Notes under the pieces: generated by a model | Database searches by the model: none | Seen by the model: only the letters and a program-made list of their open reading frames with translations | Told to the model about the DNA's origin: nothing | IMG/VR virus record: IMGVR_UViG_2711768098_000003 | Coordinates: 1-64,000 of that record | Direction: 5' to 3' (one strand) | Length of the DNA: 64,000 nucleotides | Source of the DNA: a virus | Taxonomy: Duplodnaviria > Caudoviricetes | Program-made: the position numbers and the translations under genes | In this document: positions 37,858-47,336 of the stretch, in pieces | Position numbering within the stretch: the stretch's first letter is position 1 | Layout: the number at the start of each line of letters is the position of its first letter

Positions 37858-38646
37858 TCAAGTGGCGGCGTTCTGGTAGATGCGATCAAACGCCGCATGG
37901 ATGTCGCTTCTAACGTCTTCGTCGAGACCTGAACCGGGGAGACCCCCGCGAATGTTCAGACCTGCCCTCAACGCATCGTTCAGTAGGTATCCGTCAGATT
38001 CATCGTCGCCCAGTGACTCGTAGCCGAGGGTGTCCCGCAGCTCTTCCATGTCAGCCATGGTCTGCACAAGGTCGCGGTTCGACAGGTTCCCTTTGACGAT
38101 TGGCGGGCCGGTGACGAAGTTGTCGGCTGGCGGCCGCGTCTGGACTCGACGGTTGGCGTCGAGTATTTTCCAGAGGTCGGAGCCCATGTCAGCCCATTCG
38201 TCGTCGGTGATTTCGTAGTTGCCGCCGTCGAGGCCGCGGGAGAAGAAATCGACGTTGAGGCCGGATTGGATGACTGCGGTTTCAACGGCGGCCAGGTCGA
38301 AGTCGTTGATCGTCGCGCCGCCGGAAATTTTGCTTTGGCCGCTCCATTCGGAGTTTTCGGCGTCAAGCCACCGTTTGATGCCTCCGTAAACTTTCTTGGC
38401 GGTTTTCGGTGTGACTGAGTCGATGTCGGTTCCGCGGTATTTGGTGGTGTGTCCGCGAAATCGGGACTCGATGGGTTTGGTTGCGGGGAGTTCGTGTTGC
38501 CGGAACCCGGAGAGTCCTGCGTGTGTGGATGGTGTTGCGGCGCCGCGTCGGCTTCGGGGTTCGTCGGCGTGTCCGAGTCCGGCATAGAATGCGCGGAGGC
38601 CTTCGGAGATGTTTTCGCGATGCTCGGGGGTGAGGTGTCGAGTCAT
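37858..38646 (-). CDS. Hypothetical protein with NUMOD3-like N-terminus and acidic C-terminus
   Basis: MTRHLTPEHRENISEGLR; AGGAG RBS. Confidence 0.7.
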   Translation of the reverse strand: MTRHLTPEHRENISEGLRAFYAGLGHADEPRSRRGAATPSTHAGLSGFRQHELPATKPIESRFRGHTTKYRGTDIDSVTPKTAKKVYGGIKRWLDAENSEWSGQSKISGGATINDFDLAAVETAVIQSGLNVDFFSRGLDGGNYEITDDEWADMGSDLWKILDANRRVQTRPPADNFVTGPPIVKGNLSNRDLVQTMADMEELRDTLGYESLGDDESDGYLLNDALRAGLNIRGGLPGSGLDEDVRSDIHAAFDRIYQNAAT

Positions 38647-38670
38647 GGCGGAGTTCTCCTGCTGTTCAGT

Positions 38671-38746
38671 TGGTGGCGGGAGCGGGGTTTGAACCCGCGG
38701 CTTCCTGCGTATGAGACAGGCGCTCTACCGGCTGAGCTATCCCGCT
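38671..38746 (-). tRNA. tRNA-Met (CAU; Ile2 not excluded), encoded CCA
   Basis: Full cloverleaf; loop CTCATAC; A1:C72 mismatch. Confidence 0.9.
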
Positions 38747-38926
38747 GTGAAGGCGATCGTGGTGTCGTCAAGTCTCTTGCCGGAGGTGCAGGACGATGGC
38801 TGATCGAAGTGTTTCGGCGATGGACGCAACTAGATGATGTTGGTCAGACTCTCGCCTACGGTCGGGAGCCTATCACCAATGATGTGACAGCCCTGCATAT
38901 CCAACCAACACTGCTGGTCGTTGCCC

Positions 38927-38955
38927 TTGCTTATTGCATACTCGGTATGTAATGT
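38927..38955 (+). promoter_or_regulatory. SigA-type promoter TTGCTT-N17-TAATGT with operator CATACTCGGTATG in the spacer; leaderless
   Basis: ATG 7 nt after -10. Confidence 0.65.
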
Positions 38956-38962
38956 TCGCGGC

Positions 38963-39283
38963 ATGAGCAGACGGAAACCCTCCACCGCAGCAAGTGTCAT
39001 CTACGCACTCTTCGCCATCGGCGTCATCAACATCGTCGCGCAATGGATCGCCGCGAACCTCACACTCGTCCTGATCATCGCCGGAAGTGTGGGCGCAATC
39101 ATGTTGGCGCGGCACATCAACCACCGCATCCACGCGAACACACTCCAACAGCAACGCGAAGACGATGCAACCGCTCTACGAGCCGATATCCAAAACTATC
39201 TCGCCCTCAACGATGACCCTGCAGGCATCTACGGATACATTCACGCGAATGAACCCGCGGTGCGCGAAACATACCGCCGCTGA
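38963..39283 (+). CDS. Two-TM membrane protein (counter-oriented accessory gene)
   Basis: Hydrophobic hairpin, RAD.QN...L..D..GIYG tail. Confidence 0.65.
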   Translation: MSRRKPSTAASVIYALFAIGVINIVAQWIAANLTLVLIIAGSVGAIMLARHINHRIHANTLQQQREDDATALRADIQNYLALNDDPAGIYGYIHANEPAVRETYRR

Positions 39284-39487
39284 GGTAAAATCAGCGTCGA
39301 CGGATTCCAGGCAGCACGCCTGATCCACGGTTTTCCGAAAGGGATCGTCCACCTTCATGCACCGGAAAACCTTCCCTGTTTCTTCTGCTCACTTCAAGCC
39401 CGCCCGGCTCTGGCACCGACCCCTTCCTATGGGTGTCAGGCCGTGGACGGGATCGGCCGAGTCGTAGGTTTGGCTCGGGTTCACCGA

Positions 39488-39526
39488 CAGTCAAGACCCC
39501 CGGCGCGCAACCGGGGGTCTTGACTG
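39488..39526. terminator. 16-bp perfect hairpin
   Basis: CAGTCAAGACCCCCGG-N7-CCGGGGGTCTTGACTG. Confidence 0.65.
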
Positions 39527-39538
39527 CGTTGTGGGGGT

Positions 39539-40306
39539 TTATGCTGCGGCAGTGTCGGGTTCGGGGATGCTGGCTTGATGCAGTTTGATGACGTCGCCGA
39601 TGCGGTACATGGTGTGGCCGTCCATGATGACGGGTTTCAGTTTGCCGCGTTCCGCCCATTTGGTGATGGTGTTGGCTTTGATGGGTTTGCCGGCGAACCA
39701 TGGTAGGAAGCGGGCCATTTCGGCTGGTGTGGCGACGTGGTTTTTGGCGGATTCGAGTAGTGCGTTGCGTCGTTCGGTGACGGCGTGTTTGAGTCCGCAG
39801 GTGCGGCAGGTGACGGTGTCACTGTTGGAGTCTTTGATGGCGTAGAGGCTGGTGCCACAGTGGTCGCATGCGCCGGTGTAGATGCGTTCTCGGGGTGAGT
39901 CGATGGTGCGGCGTGCTTTGTCGGCGGTGTTGACGATGGCGGTGTAGATGCCTTCGATGGATGGTGCGTCGTCGGGGATGCCGGGGAGGTGTTTCTTCAG
40001 GTAGGTGATGCGGCCTTGTGCGGTGTGGGGTGCGTCTTCGCTGGTGACGATTTGGATGCGGAGCGCATACACGCGGAGTGCTTTTTCGAAGGCGATGCGT
40101 GCGTCGGATGCGGCTTGGTTGAAGGGGACGACGCGGATTTTGTGGCCGGTGGAGCCGAGGCGCATGGGTGCCATGCTGTCGGTTCGGGTGATGGTGATTT
40201 CGAGGTCTTCGAGGAGTTCGGCGGCGTTGTCGAGGATTTTCATCAAGGTGCGGCGTTGGAGTTTGTCGAGGACGCCTGCCTGCGGTGTGTCCATCGTCCG
40301 GGTCAC
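39539..40306 (-). CDS. Zn-ribbon plus HTH protein, probable late-gene regulator
   Basis: G.C..CG..LYA.......V.C..CG and C-terminal TI.KW..RGKL...YR.GDV. Confidence 0.7.
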   Translation of the reverse strand: MTRTMDTPQAGVLDKLQRRTLMKILDNAAELLEDLEITITRTDSMAPMRLGSTGHKIRVVPFNQAASDARIAFEKALRVYALRIQIVTSEDAPHTAQGRITYLKKHLPGIPDDAPSIEGIYTAIVNTADKARRTIDSPRERIYTGACDHCGTSLYAIKDSNSDTVTCRTCGLKHAVTERRNALLESAKNHVATPAEMARFLPWFAGKPIKANTITKWAERGKLKPVIMDGHTMYRIGDVIKLHQASIPEPDTAAA

Positions 40307-41004
40307 GATGCGGCTTCTTCCTGGGTTTCGATGAGGCGGATCAGGGTGTCGGCGTTCGATGCCGTATCCCACAGGTCGCCGAGGGCGGCGAGACGTGCAG
40401 TCACCCAGGAGTACTGCTCGAGCGGGTAGGAGAGGATGACACTGTGACTGCGGGGCTGCCCTGCAACGTTCACACGGCCATCGTCGCTGGCGTCGTCGCC
40501 ATCGTCTCGCGGCTGGGGTGCCGGTTTCGGATCGACAGTCGGCGGCACCACAGGCGTAGCCGCAGCAACCGCGTCCTCCGCAGCATCCCGCGCATCCGCC
40601 AACAATCCATCCAAATCCGCCGCCGTATAACCAGTACCATCCAAATCCGGTAGATCGACAAGCAGGTTTGCTAGGAGTCCTTCGTCGAAGTCGCCGAGCT
40701 GCCCGGTCTTATTGTCGGCGAGCATGATGCGGGTCGCAGCCTCATCGTCGACATCGACGTGTACGGCTTTGATTGTCGGCCACTTCAACTTTTTCGCAGC
40801 CAAGGCGGTGTGGTTGCCGCGCAGGATTTCGTTGTAGCGGCCAGTCTGGGTGCCTTTGTTGACGACGATGGGCACGAATTGGCCGTTGGTTTTGAGTGAT
40901 TCGGCGATGGCTGCGATGTCGCCTTTGCGGGGGTTGTCTTCGTAGGGGCGGAGTGCGGCGATTTTGACGTCGGTGACTTCGAGGTCGTGGATGGTGGCAG
41001 GCAT
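40303..41004 (-). CDS. ParB N-terminal domain protein
   Basis: L.PY..NPR.GD...IAESL..NG...PIVV, GNHT..AA..L, LADN. Confidence 0.8.
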   Translation of the reverse strand: MPATIHDLEVTDVKIAALRPYEDNPRKGDIAAIAESLKTNGQFVPIVVNKGTQTGRYNEILRGNHTALAAKKLKWPTIKAVHVDVDDEAATRIMLADNKTGQLGDFDEGLLANLLVDLPDLDGTGYTAADLDGLLADARDAAEDAVAAATPVVPPTVDPKPAPQPRDDGDDASDDGRVNVAGQPRSHSVILSYPLEQYSWVTARLAALGDLWDTASNADTLIRLIETQEEAAS

Positions 41005-41381
41005 CAGGCGTCGTCTCCGGGTAGGGCTGCGTCAGGGTATGCGGGGAGGATTTCGGCGAGCAATGCTGTGATGTCGCCGGCCTCGTAGATCATGTATTTG
41101 GCGTTGGCGTCGAAGAGTCCGTCGCGGGCGTGAACCATGTCGACGCGGTAGCTTGCGCCGTTGGTGAGCATGTCGTCTTCGCGTTCCCACATTTCGACGC
41201 TGTCTTCGTGTTCTGGGCTGCGGATGCCGTGGGTGAAGAAGTCGCCGTTGTGTCCGTTGTCGAAGGATTCGCCGAGGATGCACAGGTCGATGGGGTTGTA
41301 GCCGTGTGTGGTGAGGTTGAGTTCCCAGTAGAGGGTTCCTGGGGGTTGCTGCATGAGTTCGGCGCGGCTGATGATCTTCAC
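41004..41381 (-). CDS. Hypothetical protein
   Basis: GTGA overlap; fills gap. Confidence 0.55.
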   Translation of the reverse strand: MKIISRAELMQQPPGTLYWELNLTTHGYNPIDLCILGESFDNGHNGDFFTHGIRSPEHEDSVEMWEREDDMLTNGASYRVDMVHARDGLFDANAKYMIYEAGDITALLAEILPAYPDAALPGDDA

Positions 41382-41671
41382 GCGGCCGCGTCCTTCCATA
41401 CCTCGACGTCGAACAGGTTGTCGGGGACCTGCCACACACCGAGGGTGCCGACTCGCCCGAAAGCGCTCTCGGGTACGGGCTGTCCGGTGTCGGCGTAGCG
41501 GAGTGCATCCACGGGGACGGTGATGTCCATGCCGCGGCGTCGGATGACTGCGAGGCCTTCGCCTAGGTGTCGGGGTGTGGGCTGTAGCTGTCCGACGACG
41601 ACAGGCAGTTTGCCGTCTTCGGGCTGATAGAAGACACGATCAGAACGGTTCTCGGTCGCTGCGCGGTTCAT
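41378..41671 (-). CDS. Hypothetical protein
   Basis: ATGA overlap, GAGG RBS. Confidence 0.55.
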   Translation of the reverse strand: MNRAATENRSDRVFYQPEDGKLPVVVGQLQPTPRHLGEGLAVIRRRGMDITVPVDALRYADTGQPVPESAFGRVGTLGVWQVPDNLFDVEVWKDAAA

Positions 41672-42045
41672 GCCTTCACCTCGCGGTCCGCTACGGGGTG
41701 CGGTTCACGTGCCGCTAGCGCGTGGTCGAACTCGGGAACGACGATCTGGATGACCCTTCTGCCCTTGTCGTTCTCCATCACTGTCAGCCTGTCCAGCCAT
41801 CCACGGAATCGGCCGTTCTCGCCGTCGTCGATGACGATGAATGTCGACCGGTCGGGGCCGTCGAGAATGGACTTCGAGAAGTCAACTTCGAGCGGGAGTG
41901 TCGCGGTCGCGGATGTGCCGTCGCCGCTGTAAACGATGTTGTCGCGAGCGTATCCGTTGCCAAGTCGCACAGATGCATGATGCGCCAACGACCCGAAGTC
42001 GCCGTACTGCCACGCAGAAATGATGGTGTCGGTCTTTTCGATCAT
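41668..42045 (-). CDS. Hypothetical protein
   Basis: GAGGT RBS. Confidence 0.55.
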   Translation of the reverse strand: MIEKTDTIISAWQYGDFGSLAHHASVRLGNGYARDNIVYSGDGTSATATLPLEVDFSKSILDGPDRSTFIVIDDGENGRFRGWLDRLTVMENDKGRRVIQIVVPEFDHALAAREPHPVADREVKA

Positions 42046-42049
42046 GGGT

Positions 42050-42799
42050 CTACCTCTTTCGGCCGAGTTCGGCGATGACATTGTGTAGATGCTTCGTGTA
42101 CGTGACATTCGAGCCAGGCATGTTCTCCACCGCATACTTGATGTGGCGGCCACCATGCAGGTAGTTGTTGGCCCAGAAGATGGCGCCCGACCAGGTGCGC
42201 CACGACCGCAGATCCCACCAGCGCTGCCACTGCCGGGCGGTCGCAACCTTCACCAGTTCACGAAGCCACCGGTCGATATCGGGTCCCCAGTATTCGGTGA
42301 GGTCTGCGAGACTGCGGAGCGGGTTGCCCTCAGGTAGTTCGGAGATGGGGTCGCCGGGTGCGGTGTAGCTGTAGACCGGGAAGTCCTTCGGGTCGATCCA
42401 GCGGCCACCGGTGATGCCGTAACCGCCGCGGTCTTCGCCTACGAACTGTGTGTGATGCCGTGCAGGGTCGGCGATGACACCGACGAGAAGCACGTGCAGT
42501 CGCGGGTGCATGCCACTCGCGATCTCGGCAGCAACATCCCCCACCAGTTTGGCGCCGGCGGAGAAGCCTACAAGAATGACCGGGTACGGGTCTTCGTCAA
42601 TCATCCGCAACAGGGCTGCACGGCCGCGTTCCTGCGAAACCCCGAACGCCTCGTTACCGCCAACCCAACCATACGAAGCGCTGAATGCTTCCAGTTCGCG
42701 GACACGGAACCGGGTGGGATCAAGGCCGCGGGTGACAGCGGTGATCATGTTGCGTCCGATAGCCTCTGAGACGCCTCGGGCGGTGATGATGGTGATCAT
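42050..42799 (-). CDS. lysB: Cutinase-like serine esterase (lysin B-type)
   Basis: GFSAGA nucleophile elbow, IADP.R, GDPI, H..Y. Confidence 0.7.
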   Translation of the reverse strand: MITIITARGVSEAIGRNMITAVTRGLDPTRFRVRELEAFSASYGWVGGNEAFGVSQERGRAALLRMIDEDPYPVILVGFSAGAKLVGDVAAEIASGMHPRLHVLLVGVIADPARHHTQFVGEDRGGYGITGGRWIDPKDFPVYSYTAPGDPISELPEGNPLRSLADLTEYWGPDIDRWLRELVKVATARQWQRWWDLRSWRTWSGAIFWANNYLHGGRHIKYAVENMPGSNVTYTKHLHNVIAELGRKR

Positions 42800-43340
42800 G
42801 CGTGGCCCCTATCGGGGATTGTGTGGTGGCAGATGAAGACGCCCGCGACGATGAGGGCGATGACGAAACTGAAGGTCAGCATGGTTGAATCTCCAAGACG
42901 GTTCCAGGGTGCGCCCACTCGTAGGCTTCAGCCCACACGTCGGCACGCCACCGGTCAGCGGCCGTGTACAAGACAGTTCCGTCGACGGCGACCGTGAATC
43001 GCGGGATAGGCTGCGAAAAGTCGATGCTCATGCGAAGCGGGTGAGCCAGCGGAATGCGAGAAACTCGGCCACATACCCTGCAACAACATCGAAGACGATG
43101 CGCGGGATGGTTTTACGCTGCGACCTCAGCATTCGACAGACTCCCACCTGTGCCCTGACGGATCCGTGTGCAGTACTGGATGCCCGGCTTTCAGTGAGCA
43201 GTCGATCCGCCACTCCACCGGCTGCCCGTTACCACCCAACTCGTCGACGATCGGCTTGTTGATGCGCCGGAATGCTGGGCATTCTTCACCTGGCGCGCCG
43301 CGGCCGTCGTTGGCGGGGTGCCGGGGGGTGTTGATGGCGC

Positions 43341-43613
43341 TCACGCTGGCATCTTGTCTGATGCGACACCGAGGAATTGGAGGAGTGCGCGGCGTACATC
43401 GGTGGGGAGGTCTGCGGGCCGGGGTCGTACGGGGCTGGATGTGGTTTGGTTGTCGCGGGCGAGTTCGATGGTCCAGCCGTCTTCGATGTCGAATGCCAGG
43501 TGTGTGACATGGTATTCGGTGAGGTAGCCGCCGGTCGCAAACGTCGGGGCTGCAGTGCGGAGGGTGTCGGCGGACGACAGTGGCCGTTTAAACGGGAGCA
43601 CGTTCGAGGTCAT
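43341..43613 (-). CDS. Hypothetical protein
   Basis: NVLPFKRP motif. Confidence 0.45.
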   Translation of the reverse strand: MTSNVLPFKRPLSSADTLRTAAPTFATGGYLTEYHVTHLAFDIEDGWTIELARDNQTTSSPVRPRPADLPTDVRRALLQFLGVASDKMPA

Positions 43614-43676
43614 GCCATGATTGTTGCGCCGCCCCTGTCGTTTTGGATATGGCAACCAACACGCCTGTCCCGAGCG

Positions 43677-44462
43677 TCAATGTCCCGCAGTTCGTCCCGC
43701 CCTCAAAGCGAATTCGTACCCGCGTTGCTGCGCAGTGATCGGCGTAAACACCGGAGTGTCGAGGTCAAACGTCGAAGCCGGCACCGTCATTGCGGGGGAA
43801 CTAGAAGCGGGGCCGAACACTGGCGGCGGCATCATGACCATCCGCGCAGCCTGTTCCGCGACATCCGCCGCGTGTGCATTCATCAAGTGCCCGATCAGCG
43901 TGTCTGCGCCAATATCGGCGAACCTACCAAGTCCGCGCCTCATGTACGCGCGTGCAGCATCTTCGGTGAGTTCTTGCCCGTAGTTCGCGCGGTTCTCGGC
44001 GGCGATACGAGATGCGATCCGCTCATGCGTTTCCGTGCGATGCGCCTTCGCGGCTTCCTCACGCTCTCGGCGCTGCATGTACTGCAACCAAGACTCTCCA
44101 GGGCGCACCGGCACATCCTTATCGCCGGTTTGTAGATACTTGACTGCGGTCGCGCACTCCCCGACCGTCGCCGACTTCTTGCTGAGGATGCTGATGGCGT
44201 GGTCTATTGCATCCTCGGTTGGCTTCTCAGTGTTGGCGATGGCGTCGAACAGGCGGATGCGTGCGTCTGCGATGGCGTTGCCTGTGAAGCCTTCACCGTT
44301 GAGGTAGGCGTCGTTTTCTTGGTCGGCGATGGCGGCGAGTGGTCGTGTGGTGATGATGCGGGGGCGCATGAGGTGTGCGACCCTGAGCTTCGGCGCGATC
44401 GTGGCGGTCAAGGTCACGATGAAGACGATGGGTGCCAGCCAGATGAGATGCTCAGGGGTCAC
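43677..44462 (-). CDS. Hypothetical membrane-anchored protein
   Basis: N-terminal TM, 261 aa. Confidence 0.55.
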   Translation of the reverse strand: MTPEHLIWLAPIVFIVTLTATIAPKLRVAHLMRPRIITTRPLAAIADQENDAYLNGEGFTGNAIADARIRLFDAIANTEKPTEDAIDHAISILSKKSATVGECATAVKYLQTGDKDVPVRPGESWLQYMQRREREEAAKAHRTETHERIASRIAAENRANYGQELTEDAARAYMRRGLGRFADIGADTLIGHLMNAHAADVAEQAARMVMMPPPVFGPASSSPAMTVPASTFDLDTPVFTPITAQQRGYEFALRAGRTAGH

Positions 44463-44638
44463 GGTGGGCTACCTTGCGAGGAGTGGTGTCGCGATGACGA
44501 TGGCACCCGCGAACGGTATCGACAGGACGATGGTGATGCGTTCACCTTCGCAGGTGGACAGCCACGGCCAGAAGCGGACTGGGGTTTCTCGCGGCACATA
44601 CCAGGCGTCGAACGGATACCGGACATTCTGCAACGACC

Positions 44639-44947
44639 TCACTTCACCACACCCCCGAGCCTCTCAATTTCGTCCCGCAAGTACCAGCGCGCCTTGTTCA
44701 AGTCTTCGACCTGCTTCGCGGGATCGGCGGAATCCTTCAACCCTGCACGCCACAGGTATTTGATCGCGTTGCCGATGTTGAAGTTTCGCCATCGGGTGAC
44801 CTGGATGCATTCCACGCCGCTAGGGTCGCTCGTGTAGTGCGATGGATGGTTGACGGGATCGTTGCCGGGCAGTACCTGCGCATCAGCTTTGGCGAGCTCC
44901 GCTTCCGCCGCCTTCACAGCCAAGTTCACCCTGTCGTCGTAGCTCAT
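44639..44947 (-). CDS. DUF3310 protein (putative nucleotide kinase)
   Basis: DPVNHPSHY, ECI, F..GNAIKYLWRAG.K, EDL.KA.WYL. Confidence 0.85.
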   Translation of the reverse strand: MSYDDRVNLAVKAAEAELAKADAQVLPGNDPVNHPSHYTSDPSGVECIQVTRWRNFNIGNAIKYLWRAGLKDSADPAKQVEDLNKARWYLRDEIERLGGVVK

Positions 44948-45184
44948 CGTCGTGGCCTTTTCTGTTTCGTCGGATTGTGTGCCCAAAACGGGGGTTGATG
45001 CGCCCAAAGCTCACGTTGTGTCGCGGTCAATGCAATCCCCTCCACACGATCCGGTAGCCGCGCCGCCACTCAAAGCTGATGCCGCATATAGGGCCGGACG
45101 GCGCGCCATACAAGGTGATCTCAGGAATCCTGCGCGGATACGGATCCACTGTCCGGTACCAAATTGGCCAGTGCCATCTCAAGC

Positions 45185-46342
45185 TCATGCTGCGGGGAGC
45201 CTGACAGGCATCAACAAGTACAGGAAATCCGTTTCCGACGCGGTGTACTCCCCCGCATCCTCGCGGCCGTCAGTATCGACACCAGGCCGCAGCACGGCAG
45301 GGCGTGCAGGGACAGTGAACCCGAACGTCACTTGCTCCGAACGCAATGCTGCCAACCCGTCCAGCAGGTAGCCGGGGTTGAAGGCGATGTCGATGGGTGC
45401 ACCGACCAGGACGGCAGGCAGGGTTTCTTCGGCTTCACCTGCATCCGCGCCACCAGCCGACAACGTCAACCCATCCGCCGTGAAGGACAGGCGGACCTGT
45501 GCGCCACGATCCGCCATCAACGCGACACGCTTGATCGCACCCGACAACTCCGCGACATTCACCGACGCCAACGCTGTATGTGATGCGGGAATCAACTGCC
45601 GGAACTTCGGGAACTCGGAATCGATCAGCCGTGTCGTGGTTTGCTTTCCGCCTGCGGTGACACCGAGGATCCCCAACGTGCCGATGCCTGAGGCGTTTCC
45701 GAGGGCGACGTCGACGGATCCCGTACCCGCATTCTTGGCGGTCTCTGCGAATGCTTTCGCCGGTACGAGGACGCCGGTCGGCTCTGCGATGTCGGCATCC
45801 CATCGGATGGTGCGAACCGCCAGCCGGAAACGATCGGTGGATGCCAGGGTGATGGTGTCGCCAGCAAGGTCGATGCGTACACCCGTCAACATCGGCAGCG
45901 TGTCATCCTTCGACGCTGCGACAGTGACCTGTGCGGCAGCCTCAGTGAACAAGTCTGCGGGGATGCTTCCGGTGACGGCGGGTGTCGCCGGGAGGGCCGG
46001 GTATTCGCCATCGGGCATGGTGGGGAGTGAAAACTTTGCGGCACCGCAGGTGATGCGTACCTGGTTGCCGTCGACGCGGATATCGACGGGCTTGTTGGGT
46101 AGTGATTTGGTGATGTCGGCGAGGAGTTTGCCGGAGACGAGGACGCGGCCGGGTGTGGCGTGGTCGACGGGGATGGTTTGTTCGGCGGATGTTTCGTAGT
46201 CGAAGACTGCGACTGTGAGGTGTGTGTCGGTGGCGGTGAGTAGGATGCCGCCGAGGATGGGGGTGACTGCGCGTCCGGGGAGTGTGCGTGCAACCCATGT
46301 GATGGTGTTTGCGAAGTCGGTGCGGTCTGCGGTGATGTGCAT
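45185..46342 (-). CDS. dnaN: DNA polymerase III beta sliding clamp
   Basis: FDYE.S, DDTLPMLTG, TDRFRLA, IAFNP.YLLDGL, YLLMPVR. Confidence 0.92.
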   Translation of the reverse strand: MHITADRTDFANTITWVARTLPGRAVTPILGGILLTATDTHLTVAVFDYETSAEQTIPVDHATPGRVLVSGKLLADITKSLPNKPVDIRVDGNQVRITCGAAKFSLPTMPDGEYPALPATPAVTGSIPADLFTEAAAQVTVAASKDDTLPMLTGVRIDLAGDTITLASTDRFRLAVRTIRWDADIAEPTGVLVPAKAFAETAKNAGTGSVDVALGNASGIGTLGILGVTAGGKQTTTRLIDSEFPKFRQLIPASHTALASVNVAELSGAIKRVALMADRGAQVRLSFTADGLTLSAGGADAGEAEETLPAVLVGAPIDIAFNPGYLLDGLAALRSEQVTFGFTVPARPAVLRPGVDTDGREDAGEYTASETDFLYLLMPVRLPAA

Positions 46343-46432
46343 GTGGTGGGGGTTCTTTCGGTGTGGGTGTTGGTGGGAAAGTAGATGCCGTGTGGGGGTT
46401 TTGCATGCGGCAACCAACAGTGCTGATGGCAG

Positions 46433-46798
46433 TCAGCGTGAGTTACGGGGTTCCCATGTTCGGATGACAGTGTCGGGTCCGGTGCCCCAGAAGTTGCAGC
46501 CATATCCGCGAAGCACGCCGGCGGGGGCGTTAGCCCGGATGAACCCGAGCATCGCCTCTTCACCGTCTTCGTTTGCAGTGTGGATGTACAGTTCTTTCGG
46601 CCAGAATTCGTTGTCGCGCATCCAAATGAGGAGCGGCATGATTGTGTCGCTGTAGCCGAGGTCGTGATCCAGTGACAGCGCTGCGACTGGGTCACGCAGG
46701 AGTATCTGCCCGGCGATTACGAGCTTGGCGTCGTCGACGTCCACCGCCAAAGCCCATCCATCGGGGGCGGGTCGTTCGTCGTCCACGAAAAGCATCAC
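46433..46798 (-). CDS. Cyclic-phosphate-processing receiver domain protein
   Basis: LFVDDERPAP.GW, SLDHDLG, IHTAN. Confidence 0.8.
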   Translation of the reverse strand: MMLFVDDERPAPDGWALAVDVDDAKLVIAGQILLRDPVAALSLDHDLGYSDTIMPLLIWMRDNEFWPKELYIHTANEDGEEAMLGFIRANAPAGVLRGYGCNFWGTGPDTVIRTWEPRNSR

Positions 46799-47093
46799 GA
46801 TGTCTCCTCAGGTTCAGCAGCAGGGGCGGCGCGGTGTGATGCGTACAGTGCGATTCCGATGTGCAGGGCCGTGCTTCGTGCGTGCAGTGCAGTCGACGCG
46901 TTCATGCGGCGCAGCGCGAGAGCGTGCTCGTACGGCGACACGCCCCATGGGTCAGGCTCTCTCATCACTCAGCAGCTCCCATCGCACGTGCAGGCGTAGC
47001 ATTCTTCGCACTTCTCGCCAGACCCGCCAGGGCAGTCCCCGAGCGTCAGACCGTCGTCGCCTACAGGCTCGAGACATTCGATGCACTCGCCCA

Positions 47094-47336
47094 TCACTCA
47101 CCGACCTTCGCAGCAGAAGCGGGAGTGCGGAGTCGTAGGTCCCTCGCCCGGAATGGCCCCTGTCCGCCGTCGAGGTCACGCCACCGCACCTCGATGTAGT
47201 CGATGCCGTGAAGGGATTCGATGACGGTGCCCCAGTGTTCGGGCAGCAGGTACCAGTCGTCGCCGTTTCGGACTGCACGTTCGTCGTGGTACGACACGAT
47301 GTCGCCCACCTGGAACTTAGTTTCAGTGTCAGCCAT
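47094..47336 (-). CDS. Hypothetical SH3-like protein
   Basis: FQVGDIV...GTV......VRW. Confidence 0.45.
   Translation of the reverse strand: MADTETKFQVGDIVSYHDERAVRNGDDWYLLPEHWGTVIESLHGIDYIEVRWRDLDGGQGPFRARDLRLRTPASAAKVGE

Noticed and set aside
40303-41004. ParB-like genes (also 1797-2081) as a partition system
   Set aside because: Only the N-terminal ParB/Srx domain is present; no ParA, HTH or parS seen, so not evidence of plasmid partitioning.
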